Positions 9,173 through 18,292 of a stretch of 64,000 nucleotides of DNA are shown piece after piece. Where the stretch lies: NCBI RefSeq assembly GCF_041986965.1, contig NZ_JBHIXB010000002.1:547501-611500 (forward strand), read 5' to 3'. How positions within the stretch are numbered: the stretch's first letter is position 1; the number at the start of each line of letters is the position of its first letter. Below the pieces are notes generated by a model. The model saw only the letters and a list, made by a program, of their open reading frames with translations. It was not told where the DNA came from and made no database searches. The DNA comes from Hyphococcus sp. (GTDB lineage Bacteria > Pseudomonadota > Alphaproteobacteria > Caulobacterales > Parvularculaceae). A program made the position numbers and the translations under genes.

Positions 9173-10063
9173 TTATTTTCCACGGGCGGCGGCGCGAGCC
9201 TTGCGATAATTCTCGCGCCGTCCCCGCTCAAAAGCGAGCCGTTCCACCGGGGCGTCTCCTTTCGGATAATCCGCAATGATTTCGTCAAAGACTTCGCGAA
9301 GCTCGTCCCTGAATTCCGGATGCGGAAAGATATAAAACTTGTTCTCGCGAATCGCCTCGATCGTCTTCGCCGCTACTTCTTCAGGCTCCATGCCTGCTTC
9401 ATGCACTTTCGCCAATTGCGCGTTAAAGGCCGCGTCTACAGGTTTGCCGCGCGACGCCAGGGCTTCCGGCCGGACATCGTCGCTCGCGTAGATATGGCTC
9501 TTTACAAGGCCGGGACATAGCGCTGAAACGCCGATCCGGTGCGGTGCCAGGGAATAACGCAAGGATTCCGACAAGCCCCGAACGGCGAATTTCGAACAAT
9601 TATAGATACCCGGCACGGGGCCCGCGAGAAAGCTCGCCATCGAGGCGGTGTTCACAACATGCCCGCCCTTGCCGCGCTCCTTCATCCGGGGAACGAAGGT
9701 CTGAACGCCGTTAATGACGCCATGAAGATTGACGCCCAGCACCCAGTCCCAGTCGTCATAGCTGCTCTCATCTATAGTCTGGAACAGATTGATGCCGGCA
9801 TTGTTGAAGACAAGGGAAACGGGCCCCAGACGGCGCTCAGCCTCGTCCGCCGCCTCTGCAAACTCCGTTCTGGAGGAGACATCCATGCAAAGGCCTGTCG
9901 CCTCATGACTGTCAAGCGCGTCCAGCGCGGCGTCGATAGCATCCTGACGGATGTCGGCGATCGCGACCTTGACGCCCTCAGCGAGCAAGGCCCGCGCAAG
10001 CCCCAGCCCAATGCCATTGGCGCCGCCCGTGATAAACGCGGTTCGCCCGGCGAAATCCTTCAT
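9173..10063 (-). CDS. SDR of the C-alpha dehydrogenase family (resembles the recalled N. aromaticivorans LigO-type Saro_0793)
   Basis: MKDFAGRTAFITGGANGIG, NNAGINLFQ...SSYDDWDWVLGVNLHGV, YNCSK and YASDDVRP. Confidence 0.8.
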   Translation of the reverse strand: MKDFAGRTAFITGGANGIGLGLARALLAEGVKVAIADIRQDAIDAALDALDSHEATGLCMDVSSRTEFAEAADEAERRLGPVSLVFNNAGINLFQTIDESSYDDWDWVLGVNLHGVINGVQTFVPRMKERGKGGHVVNTASMASFLAGPVPGIYNCSKFAVRGLSESLRYSLAPHRIGVSALCPGLVKSHIYASDDVRPEALASRGKPVDAAFNAQLAKVHEAGMEPEEVAAKTIEAIRENKFYIFPHPEFRDELREVFDEIIADYPKGDAPVERLAFERGRRENYRKARAAARGK

Positions 10064-10260
10064 TGTTCCTCCCAGACCCGTGAAGGCAGGTTCTTTTCAT
10101 CCCGGCGCGCGTTATCCTGCATAGGCATCTTTTCGCAACGCTTCTCGATTGATGTTATATTCACTACCATATCAGCGCGAATTGCCTATCGGCATTCGGC
10201 TACATTTCGCCTGCGGAAACGATTTACCGCCCACTAGCAATAGAGAGTTCCGGAGGACGA

Positions 10261-10989
10261 ATGACCGACGCCGACCGCATTGCACAACTTGAAGCGCAAG
10301 TCGCTGCGCTGACCGACCGCATAACGCGCACCGAGGATGAACAGGCGGTCCGCAAGCTTCACCATCTATACGGCTATTTTATCGATAAATGTTTATATAG
10401 AGAGGTCGTTGATCTGTTCACCGACGATTGCGAAGTGCATTTCTTCGGCGGCATCTTCAAAGGAAAGGCCGGGGCGGCGCGACTCTATATTGAACGTTTT
10501 CAAAAACAGTTCGTGCATGGCAATAATGGCCCGGTGGACGGCTTTCTGCTCGACCACCCCCAGCATCAGGATGTAGTTGATATCCTCGATGACGGCGTCA
10601 CCGGGCTCGCCCGCTTCCGGTGCACCATGCAGGCCGGGCGGCACAAATCCTTTGGCGAGATCCGGCAATGGTGGGAAGGCGGCCTATACGAGAACACCTA
10701 CAAGAAAGTGGACGGCGTATGGCGCATTCACATTCTGAACTATGTGCCCCAATGGCATGCTGATTTTGAAACCGGTTGGGGGCATACGCGTCCCAATTAT
10801 GTACCGTTTTTGAATACACCATATCCGGAAGACCCGGTGGGCCCAGACGAAATCAATGAAGATGTATGGCTCTGGCCGACCCACAAGGTTGTGCCGTTTC
10901 ACAACAAGCACCCGGTCACCGGCAAGGACATCAAGCCAGAGCGCTGGCAGGGCGACATCGACCGTGAAAAGGAAGCGAAACAGAAATGA
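10261..10989 (+). CDS. pcfL: SnoaL/NTF2-fold gamma-formaldehyde lyase, PcfL-like (phenylcoumaran beta-5)
   Basis: VRKLHHLYGYFID, LLDHPQHQD and WEGGLYENTY. First gene of an ALDH-ligW run, as in the known pcfL-ferD-ligW neighbourhood. Confidence 0.7.
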   Translation: MTDADRIAQLEAQVAALTDRITRTEDEQAVRKLHHLYGYFIDKCLYREVVDLFTDDCEVHFFGGIFKGKAGAARLYIERFQKQFVHGNNGPVDGFLLDHPQHQDVVDILDDGVTGLARFRCTMQAGRHKSFGEIRQWWEGGLYENTYKKVDGVWRIHILNYVPQWHADFETGWGHTRPNYVPFLNTPYPEDPVGPDEINEDVWLWPTHKVVPFHNKHPVTGKDIKPERWQGDIDREKEAKQK

Positions 10990-12416
10990 CAGCTTATCCT
11001 GAACTTTACATGATCATTGATGGCGAGCGCATCCACAAAGGAAGCCGCCGCACCCATCGTGTCGTCAATCCAGCGACGGAGGAAACGCTGGGCGAGTTGC
11101 CGCTTGCCGACGCGGCGGATCTCGACCGGGCGCTGGAGACAGCTGAGAAAGGCTTCAAAATCTGGCGCAATTCAACGCCACAGGAGCGCGCCGCCGTCTT
11201 GCAGGGCGCGGCGCGACTAATGATGGAGCGCGCTGACGACATGGCGCGCATCGCCACCATGGAAGAAGGAAAGCCCTTTCCCGAAGCCCGCATCGAAGTG
11301 ATGATGAATGTGGGGCTTTTCAATTTCTACGCCGGCGAATGCCAACGTCTTTATGGCCGCACACTGGTGCGGCCGGCGGGCATGCGCTCAACCGTAACCA
11401 AAGAACCTGTCGGCCCCGTCGCCGCTTTTTCGCCCTGGAACTTCCCGATCGGCAATCCCGGCCGCAAACTCGGCGCGCCCATCGCCGCCGGCTGTTCCGT
11501 CATCATGAAATCGGCGGAGGAAACGCCCGCTTCGGCGCTCGCTGTTCTGCAGGCGCTGCTTGATGCAGGACTTCCCAAAGAAGTGGCGCAAGCCGTGTTC
11601 GGCGTGCCCGATGAGGTCTCGCGCCACCTCCTCGCCTCGCCGATTATCCGCAAGCTCTCCTTTACCGGGTCCACCGTCGTCGGCAAGCATCTGGCGAAAC
11701 TCGCCGCCGAAGATATGAAACGCACAACGATGGAGCTTGGCGGGCACGGACCGGTGCTGGTCTTCAAGGATGTCGACCTCGACAAGGTGCTCGACACCGT
11801 CGTGCCGCAGAAATTCCGCAATGCCGGACAGGTCTGCGTCTCGCCGACCCGCTTCATGATTCAGGAAGAGATCTATGACGATTTCGTCGCCGGTTACACG
11901 AAACGCGCCAAGACCTTGAAAGTCGGCAATGGCCTCGACGATGGCGTACAGATGGGGCCCATGGCCAATCCGCGCCGCCCCGACGCCATGGAACAGCTTA
12001 TTGGCGACGCTGTGTCGAAAGGCGCGAAGCTTCATACCGGCGGCGAACGCATCGGCAATCAGGGCTTCTATTACGCCCCGACCGTTCTCTCCGACGTCCC
12101 GCAAGCCAGCGAGATCATGAATACTGAACCTTTCGGGCCTGTAGCCTTGTGCAATCCGTTCAAGTTAGAGGAAGACGCCATCGTCGAAGCGAACCGCCTG
12201 CCCTATGGCCTCGCCGCTTATGCCTGGACGCAGGATGCGGCACGTCAGAAGCGCCTCGCCCATGAAGTCGAAACCGGCATGCTGGGCATCAACACGGTGA
12301 TGATCGGCGGCGCGGACTCGCCTTTCGGCGGCGTCAAATGGTCAGGACACGGCGCTGAAGACGGGCCGGAAGGCGTCGAAGCCTGCCTCGTCACCAAAGT
12401 CGTTCACGAAGGATAA
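10986..12416 (+). CDS. ferD: NAD-dependent aromatic aldehyde dehydrogenase (SSADH-like), FerD-like
   Basis: FSPWNFP, FTGST, MELGGH, GQVCVSP (catalytic Cys) and EPFGP. ATGA overlap with pcfL. The name comes mainly from synteny. Confidence 0.65.
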   Translation: MTAYPELYMIIDGERIHKGSRRTHRVVNPATEETLGELPLADAADLDRALETAEKGFKIWRNSTPQERAAVLQGAARLMMERADDMARIATMEEGKPFPEARIEVMMNVGLFNFYAGECQRLYGRTLVRPAGMRSTVTKEPVGPVAAFSPWNFPIGNPGRKLGAPIAAGCSVIMKSAEETPASALAVLQALLDAGLPKEVAQAVFGVPDEVSRHLLASPIIRKLSFTGSTVVGKHLAKLAAEDMKRTTMELGGHGPVLVFKDVDLDKVLDTVVPQKFRNAGQVCVSPTRFMIQEEIYDDFVAGYTKRAKTLKVGNGLDDGVQMGPMANPRRPDAMEQLIGDAVSKGAKLHTGGERIGNQGFYYAPTVLSDVPQASEIMNTEPFGPVALCNPFKLEEDAIVEANRLPYGLAAYAWTQDAARQKRLAHEVETGMLGINTVMIGGADSPFGGVKWSGHGAEDGPEGVEACLVTKVVHEG

Positions 12417-12419
12417 TCC

Positions 12420-13472
12420 ATGACCCATGAGTTAAAGATCGGCGGCGATCGCGGATATTTGCGCATCGCGACCGAAGAAGCCTTCGCCACGCAGGAGCAG
12501 ATCGACGCCTATCTGAGCATGGTGAAGGACGGAACCGCCGACAAGGGTATGGTTTCGCTCTGGGGTTTTTACGCGACCTCGCCTTCTGAGCGCGCGACCC
12601 ACATTATGGAGTGTCTTCTCGATCTCGATGATCTGCGTCTGAAACACATGAATGAGACGGGGATCGACATCGCAATCCTGTCGCTCACTTCGCCCGGCGT
12701 GCAACCGCTGCCGACGGAAGAAGCCAAAGGCATGGTCTCCCGCGCCAATGATTATCTGGAAGCCGCCGTCGCGCGCCATCCGACACGGTTTGTCGGCATG
12801 ACCTCGATCGCGCCCCAGGACCCCGAATGGAGCGCAAAAGAAATCCATCGCGGCGCAGAAATGGGGTTCAAGGGCGTGATGGTGAACAGCCACACGCAAG
12901 GCGAATATCTCGACGATCCTAAATACGATCCCATCTTCAAAGCGCTCGAGGCGACCGGACAGCCGCTCTACATCCACCCGCAGACGCCGCCGGATGCGAT
13001 GATCGACCCCATGCTGGAAGCGGGCCTCGACGGCGCCATTTTCGGCTTCGGCGTCGAGACGGGGATGCATCTCTTACGTCTCCTCACCATCGGCATCTTC
13101 GACCGATACCCGAACTTGCAGATCATTGTCGGCCATATGGGCGAAGCTCTTCCCTATTGGCTTTATCGTCTCGACTACATGCACCAGGCCGGCGTGCGCG
13201 CGAAGCGTTACGAGCGCATGAAGCCGCTGAAAAAGACGATCACCGACTATATGCGCTCAAACGTCTATATCACATCGAGCGGCATGGCCTGGGAGCCGGC
13301 GATCAAGTTCGCGCAATCCGTTCTCGGCGAGGATCGCGTCATGTATGCGATGGACTATCCTTATCAGTTTGTCGCTGACGAGGTGCGCACCCATGACCTT
13401 CTCGACATATCGCCCGAAACCAAGAAAAAACTAATGCAAACAAACGCCGAACGAGCGTTCAAGCTAATATAA
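12420..13472 (+). CDS. ligW: 5-carboxyvanillate/5-carboxyferulate decarboxylase LigW
   Basis: GYLRIATEEAF...DKGMVSLWGFY...SERAT, LEAGLDGAIFGFGVETGMHLLRL and AMDYPYQ are nearly identical to the recalled N. aromaticivorans LigW. Confidence 0.9.
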   Translation: MTHELKIGGDRGYLRIATEEAFATQEQIDAYLSMVKDGTADKGMVSLWGFYATSPSERATHIMECLLDLDDLRLKHMNETGIDIAILSLTSPGVQPLPTEEAKGMVSRANDYLEAAVARHPTRFVGMTSIAPQDPEWSAKEIHRGAEMGFKGVMVNSHTQGEYLDDPKYDPIFKALEATGQPLYIHPQTPPDAMIDPMLEAGLDGAIFGFGVETGMHLLRLLTIGIFDRYPNLQIIVGHMGEALPYWLYRLDYMHQAGVRAKRYERMKPLKKTITDYMRSNVYITSSGMAWEPAIKFAQSVLGEDRVMYAMDYPYQFVADEVRTHDLLDISPETKKKLMQTNAERAFKLI

Positions 13473-13494
13473 CCGGGACGAGGAACAGCACATC

Positions 13495-15129
13495 ATGGCC
13501 GCCAAAGATGTAGAGAACGCCGGCGCGACAAAGCTTGGCGGCCGCGCCGCCTGGTATGCGCTATTTCTGGTGACGCTGACGACCGCCATGTCCATGGTGG
13601 ACCGGCAAATTCTTGCTATTCTGGCCCCGCAGATCAAAGCCGATCTCAATATTGGCGACGCCGAGATGGGCGTTCTTTACGGCGCCGTATTCGGATTATT
13701 TTACTCTGTTTTCTCTCTTCCCCTGGGACGCCTCGCTGACGGCTGGGTGCGCACCAGACTTTTGAGCATTTCCATTTTCGGCTGGTCGATCATGACCGGT
13801 CTCGCCGGGTTTGCGAATGGCTTCGGCATGCTTGCCCTCTCGCGACTGGGCGTTGGCATTGGCGAGGCGAGTTCTCAACCCGCGGGCATGTCGCTATTGT
13901 CCGATCTCTTCCCAAAGAGCCAGCGCGGCACTATCACGGCGGCCATGTCGATCGCCGTTGCGCTCGGCGTCGGCGGCGCCCTGATGCTTGGCGGGGCGGT
14001 CGCCGACGGATGGGATGGCGCCTACGCCAATGGCGGGGCGCCGCTCGGGCTCAAGGGCTGGCAAGCGGCTTTCCTTGTCGCCGCCGCGCCCGGAATTGTT
14101 TTAAGCCTGCTGCTGTTGCGCCTGCCAGAGCCTGTACGCGGCGCAGCTGACGGCGTGCTCGCCAAGCCCGACCCGGCGCCGTTCCGTGCGAGTTTCGATA
14201 CATTGATCGGCATGCTTCCAGGCTTTGCCTGGCTTGAATTCGTGCGACGCAAAGCAACGCCGAAATTATGGGCTATCAACATCACAGCCGCGGTCGTAAT
14301 CATCACCCTCAGCATCTTCATGACGCAGTGGACAAACGGCCTGCGCCCCGTAAATCCCGTCGCACTGAGACTCGGCGCCCTGGAGCTGACCGGCAACGCC
14401 TTACAATGGGCGATAACCGGCGTCGGCGCCTATATTGTCATCTGCTGGATGCAGTCGCTTTATTTACGCGACAAACCTGCCTTCGCCGTTATCGTCAAAC
14501 AGCCGTCGCTGGCGCTCCTCATCGGCATCGCTTCGCTCCAGTCCGTGTTGAATTATGGCGTCATGTCATGGGCGGCCGTTTACGGCATCCAGCACTTCAA
14601 TCGTTCCGCAGCGGAGATCGGCGCCACTTTTGGCCCCATCATCACGGTTTTAGGCATTATCGGCCCCCTGATCGCCGGCCCTGTGTCCGACTGGGCGCAT
14701 CAACGCATCAAGGGCGGACGCATTTATGTCACACTTCTCGCTCTCGGCGTTTCGCCATTCCTCGCCATCGGGGTTTTCAATGCGCAAACCCTTGGCGGTT
14801 ACTATGCCTGGTTTGTCATCTATTCACTCGTATTGACCATGTGGCTGCCGCCTGTCTACGCCTCGCTGATCGATCTCGTCTTACCGCGCATGCGCGGCAT
14901 GGTGATGAGTTATTATATTCTGATGATGACGATCACCGGGATGGGGCTTGGCCCCTATGCCGTCGGGATGATGAGCGACATCAATGGCGGCAATCTTGGC
15001 GAGGCGATCCTGACCCTTTACTGGGTGGCGCCAATCATTGTGGTGCTGATTGTGCTTCTCATCCGTCGCATGCCGAAGGATGAAGTTATTCTGTTAGAAC
15101 GCGCAAAGGCCGCCGGCGAACCGGTTTAA
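13495..15129 (+). CDS. MFS transporter (spinster-like) with extra central hydrophobic segments
   Basis: MVDRQIL, LGRLADGWVRTRLL (motif A) and GVGIGEA. 544 aa with many transmembrane stretches. Confidence 0.85.
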   Translation: MAAKDVENAGATKLGGRAAWYALFLVTLTTAMSMVDRQILAILAPQIKADLNIGDAEMGVLYGAVFGLFYSVFSLPLGRLADGWVRTRLLSISIFGWSIMTGLAGFANGFGMLALSRLGVGIGEASSQPAGMSLLSDLFPKSQRGTITAAMSIAVALGVGGALMLGGAVADGWDGAYANGGAPLGLKGWQAAFLVAAAPGIVLSLLLLRLPEPVRGAADGVLAKPDPAPFRASFDTLIGMLPGFAWLEFVRRKATPKLWAINITAAVVIITLSIFMTQWTNGLRPVNPVALRLGALELTGNALQWAITGVGAYIVICWMQSLYLRDKPAFAVIVKQPSLALLIGIASLQSVLNYGVMSWAAVYGIQHFNRSAAEIGATFGPIITVLGIIGPLIAGPVSDWAHQRIKGGRIYVTLLALGVSPFLAIGVFNAQTLGGYYAWFVIYSLVLTMWLPPVYASLIDLVLPRMRGMVMSYYILMMTITGMGLGPYAVGMMSDINGGNLGEAILTLYWVAPIIVVLIVLLIRRMPKDEVILLERAKAAGEPV

Positions 15130-15584
15130 ACGACCCGCCAGACCCAAAGCTTGATGCCGAGCTTGTAGCGCGCCCCAGCGCACACAAAGACCGATTTGTT
15201 GAGCCAGTCATACTTTCCGGTCGGTGCGATAAATTCGGGGATCGTGCGGAAGTAATATTCTGCAGGATCGACGTCATCACCCGCCATCAGGCGCTTCATC
15301 ACGTCCGGCGGCCCATGGCGCAAACCGCGATTGCGGATTTGAATAACAACCCCGTCATCAGTGCGCATGGCGTAAATCGCATCGGCAACCGTGACGCCGT
15401 CATGACGGGTCAACTGCCAGTCGGCAGCATTGCCCAAAAGCTCGCCTTTGATTTTTGGTCCTTCGACGGGCCCGGAGAAAATGGGAATGATCCGGCGCGT
15501 TCCATCCGGCGTATCACCGATAGAAATCGGCTCGCCAAGATCACCACCCGCTTCGTAGACGAATTCAAGTTCCGGTTTGATCAT
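15126..15584 (-). CDS. DUF3237 family beta-barrel protein
   Basis: Start MIKPELEFVY. Has RRIIPIFSG, ADWQ, YAMRTDDG, YYFRTIPEF and YDWLNKSVFV. Confidence 0.8.
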   Translation of the reverse strand: MIKPELEFVYEAGGDLGEPISIGDTPDGTRRIIPIFSGPVEGPKIKGELLGNAADWQLTRHDGVTVADAIYAMRTDDGVVIQIRNRGLRHGPPDVMKRLMAGDDVDPAEYYFRTIPEFIAPTGKYDWLNKSVFVCAGARYKLGIKLWVWRVV

Positions 15585-15588
15585 TTTT

Positions 15589-17055
15589 TCAAGCCGCCAT
15601 ACCAATGTCGCCAGCATTCGCCCAATTGCCATGAAGGCCGAACCGCAAGCGCACAGGTATCTTCGCAGTGGCGATGGGACCCTTGGCGATGTCGAGCGCA
15701 TCGAACACCAGCAAGTCGCTGCGATGCTCTTCAAGACGATTGCAGACCATTACGATCCAACCATCGCCTTCCGGCGCATCTTTGGAACGCGGGACAAAAC
15801 AAGGCTCCTGTAAGGTCGATACAGGCCCGCACCACCATTTTTGCTCCTCGCCTGTTTCATGATCGACCTTGCCCAGCGTGTTCATCAGGAATCCGCCGGC
15901 GCTGCCGCCTTTCAGCTCGCAGGGCCGCTCCATATCCACCACCAGCATCCAGCCATGACGGTATTTCTTACCTGTAAAGCGGTCATCGATGCGCGGGAAT
16001 TCACCGAACATGTCGGTGAGCTTCGTCTGGCTTTCGAACGCTTCAGAGTTCGACGCCATATTGACGGTCCAGCGGGTCAGATAGCTCGACGCCTCCATGG
16101 GATTGAACGGCGCGCCGTGAACATCAGGGAAGAAGGGGAACATATTGTTCTTCGCTTGCGGCGTGTCGAAATGGATGCGGTCTCCTTCCTGATAGGCGTT
16201 CATCACATGGCTGGCGAAGCAATTGTCGGTCTTGAACCAGCGGACATCGTCCTTGGTCGCGCCTTTGCGCCGGGGCAAAACGCCGAAATAAACCGGCATG
16301 GTGGTGTCGAAGCCGAAATGCGGCATGCCTTTTTCAAGACGCTCCCAGTTTGACGTCGAGGGAACCACATGGAAGAGCGCGTAATCATCCGTAATCGCGA
16401 AATCATGCATCATCGCGTAATAGGGATTTTCAAACCACACTTCGTAGAGAAGCTTCCCGTCAGGCCCGATCTCGTAATAGGTCATGTCCAGCGTCAGAAT
16501 GCCTTTTGAGGCATAGCCAAAGGCCGCCATATTGCCCGTATTCGGATCAATCTTCGGATGCGCCGTGAATGTCTGGCCCGTCATGCCGTCAAACTTGGTG
16601 TAGCCCACGGTCTCAAGCGTCACCGGATCCATGACAAGCGCCGGTGAATCCTCCTTCAGCGCATAGAGCTTGCCGCCATAGATCCAGGCGTTTGTATTGG
16701 CTGTGCCGCGAATCTGTCCTTTCACGGACGGATCGTCAAAAAGCGGATTGCGGTAGGCGCCGAAAAGAGCCTTTTCAGCCTTGTTTTCAAGCTTCCATTT
16801 ATCGGTCTTGGCCCAGCGCTGGCGGAAGCTGATCTTGCCGTCCTCAAAGCGGAACTGCGTGATCATGCCGTCGCCGTTAAATGCAATATCGTCGCCTAAA
16901 AGCGGCGGAAACTGGGGATCGGGCTGCACCCGATAAAAAGCCCCATGCATCTCCTTGGGGACCTCCCCCTCAACGTCAAGATCGTATATATCGGCCTCGA
17001 TCCGCGAGGGAGTGTTGAAGCCCGTGAAACTCACCGTATCAGGGAAATGAACCAT
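15589..17055 (-). CDS. lsdA: Lignostilbene alpha,beta-dioxygenase, LsdA/NOV1-like
   Basis: RBS AAAGGAGG, then ATG at 17055. FTGFNTPSRIEAD, FYRVQPDPQFPP, TFTAHPK, MMHDF, FASHV and RFGLHGNW closely match recalled NOV1. Confidence 0.9.
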   Translation of the reverse strand: MVHFPDTVSFTGFNTPSRIEADIYDLDVEGEVPKEMHGAFYRVQPDPQFPPLLGDDIAFNGDGMITQFRFEDGKISFRQRWAKTDKWKLENKAEKALFGAYRNPLFDDPSVKGQIRGTANTNAWIYGGKLYALKEDSPALVMDPVTLETVGYTKFDGMTGQTFTAHPKIDPNTGNMAAFGYASKGILTLDMTYYEIGPDGKLLYEVWFENPYYAMMHDFAITDDYALFHVVPSTSNWERLEKGMPHFGFDTTMPVYFGVLPRRKGATKDDVRWFKTDNCFASHVMNAYQEGDRIHFDTPQAKNNMFPFFPDVHGAPFNPMEASSYLTRWTVNMASNSEAFESQTKLTDMFGEFPRIDDRFTGKKYRHGWMLVVDMERPCELKGGSAGGFLMNTLGKVDHETGEEQKWWCGPVSTLQEPCFVPRSKDAPEGDGWIVMVCNRLEEHRSDLLVFDALDIAKGPIATAKIPVRLRFGLHGNWANAGDIGMAA

Positions 17056-17068
17056 GGCTTCCTCCTTT

Positions 17069-17083
17069 GTAAGAATTGTATAT
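17069..17083. promoter_or_regulatory. Possible MarR operator between divergent lsdA and marR
   Basis: GTAAG-AATTG-TATAT is a degenerate version of the GTAWG-N5-YWTAC inverted repeat seen upstream of ligM. Confidence 0.3.
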
Positions 17084-17114
17084 GGTAGGCCCAAGGGAGC
17101 CAAGGGACAGGGGC

Positions 17115-17603
17115 GTGACAAAACGCAATCAGAATAAGAGAAAAACGCAGTCCGGAATTGACCAACATCAAGACGCCGAATTGGATGACATCGGGGAAAT
17201 CGACGACATCGTCGGCTTCCATATCCGCCTCGCCTATACGGCCGTGTACCGGCATTTTATGGACACGTTTTCCGAGTTGGACATGACCCAGAAACAGGTC
17301 TCGGTCTTGTGGCTCGTGGACGACCATCCGGGCATTGCGCAGACTGATCTCGCCAAGCGGCTGCGCATGGATCGCGCGACGGTGATGGCGATTATCAATC
17401 GGCTCGAAGGCCGGCGCCTCCTGCGACGCGGCCAGTCAACCAGTGACGGCCGCAAGCAGACGCTAAAATTGACGCCGACAGGACAGAAGATCCTCATCGA
17501 CGCCAAGAAAGCGGTCCTCGAACATGAAGAATGGCTGAAAAGCCGCTTCACCAAACAGGAAGTGCGCACATTGATTGATTTCCTGCGGCGCATTCACGAC
17601 TAG
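17115..17603 (+). CDS. MarR family regulator divergent from lsdA
   Basis: GFHIRLA, GIAQTDLAKRLRMDRATVMAIINRLE and DGRK. Likely GTG start at 17115. Confidence 0.9.
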   Translation: MTKRNQNKRKTQSGIDQHQDAELDDIGEIDDIVGFHIRLAYTAVYRHFMDTFSELDMTQKQVSVLWLVDDHPGIAQTDLAKRLRMDRATVMAIINRLEGRRLLRRGQSTSDGRKQTLKLTPTGQKILIDAKKAVLEHEEWLKSRFTKQEVRTLIDFLRRIHD

Positions 17604-17634
17604 GACGTCACGCTGCAAAAGCACCAATCTCTGG

Positions 17635-18279
17635 TTATTTGTCGACAGGCGGCATCTTCTCTGCGCCAATCGTCAAGGCGCGCTGAACCGCCGAGCGCGC
17701 CTCAATGCGGGCATACCACGCTTTGACATTGGGATAGTCGTCAATGTCGACCCCTTGCCACGCATAACGGCGCACCCAGGGAAAAGCTGCGATGTCCGCA
17801 ATGGAATAATCGCCTGCAAGAAAATCCCTGTCGGCAAGACGCTTGTTCATAACGCCGTAAAGCCGGTTGGTCTCCTTTGAAAACCGCTCAACTGCGTAAG
17901 GGATTTTGTTTTCCGCATAATGGACGAAGTGATGCGCCTGACCGGCCATAGGGCCGAGGCCGCCGACCTGCCAGAATAACCATTGCTCCACTTCAACGCG
18001 GTCCCGTTCTTCCGAGGGATAAAATTTTCCGCTCTTGCGTCCAAGATATTGCAGGATGGCGCCTGATTCAAAAACGGAAAGAGGGCCGCCCTCCCCCGGA
18101 TCCTGATCGACGATGGCGGGCATCTTGTTGTTGGGCGAGATTTTCAGGAATTCTTCCTTGAACTGATCGCCTTCGAATATGTTCACCCATTTGATGTCGT
18201 AATCGAGCCCGCACTCTTCCAGCATGATAAGGATTTTGTAGCCGTTTCCCGTCGGCCACATATGCAGGTCGATTGCCAT
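17635..18279 (-). CDS. Nu-class (YfcG-like) glutathione S-transferase; candidate glutathione lyase
   Basis: WPTGNGYKI (the TPNG motif with Pro replaced by Gly), ISPNNKMPAI, FESGAIL and WLFWQVGGLGPMAGQAHHF. Confidence 0.85.
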   Translation of the reverse strand: MAIDLHMWPTGNGYKILIMLEECGLDYDIKWVNIFEGDQFKEEFLKISPNNKMPAIVDQDPGEGGPLSVFESGAILQYLGRKSGKFYPSEERDRVEVEQWLFWQVGGLGPMAGQAHHFVHYAENKIPYAVERFSKETNRLYGVMNKRLADRDFLAGDYSIADIAAFPWVRRYAWQGVDIDDYPNVKAWYARIEARSAVQRALTIGAEKMPPVDK

Positions 18280-18292
18280 CTACCGCTTAACC

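Noticed and set aside
10150-10172. CTACCATAT shared by the pcfL and lsdA promoter regions
   Set aside because: Most simply a -10 element (TACCAT) in both; too short to call an operator.
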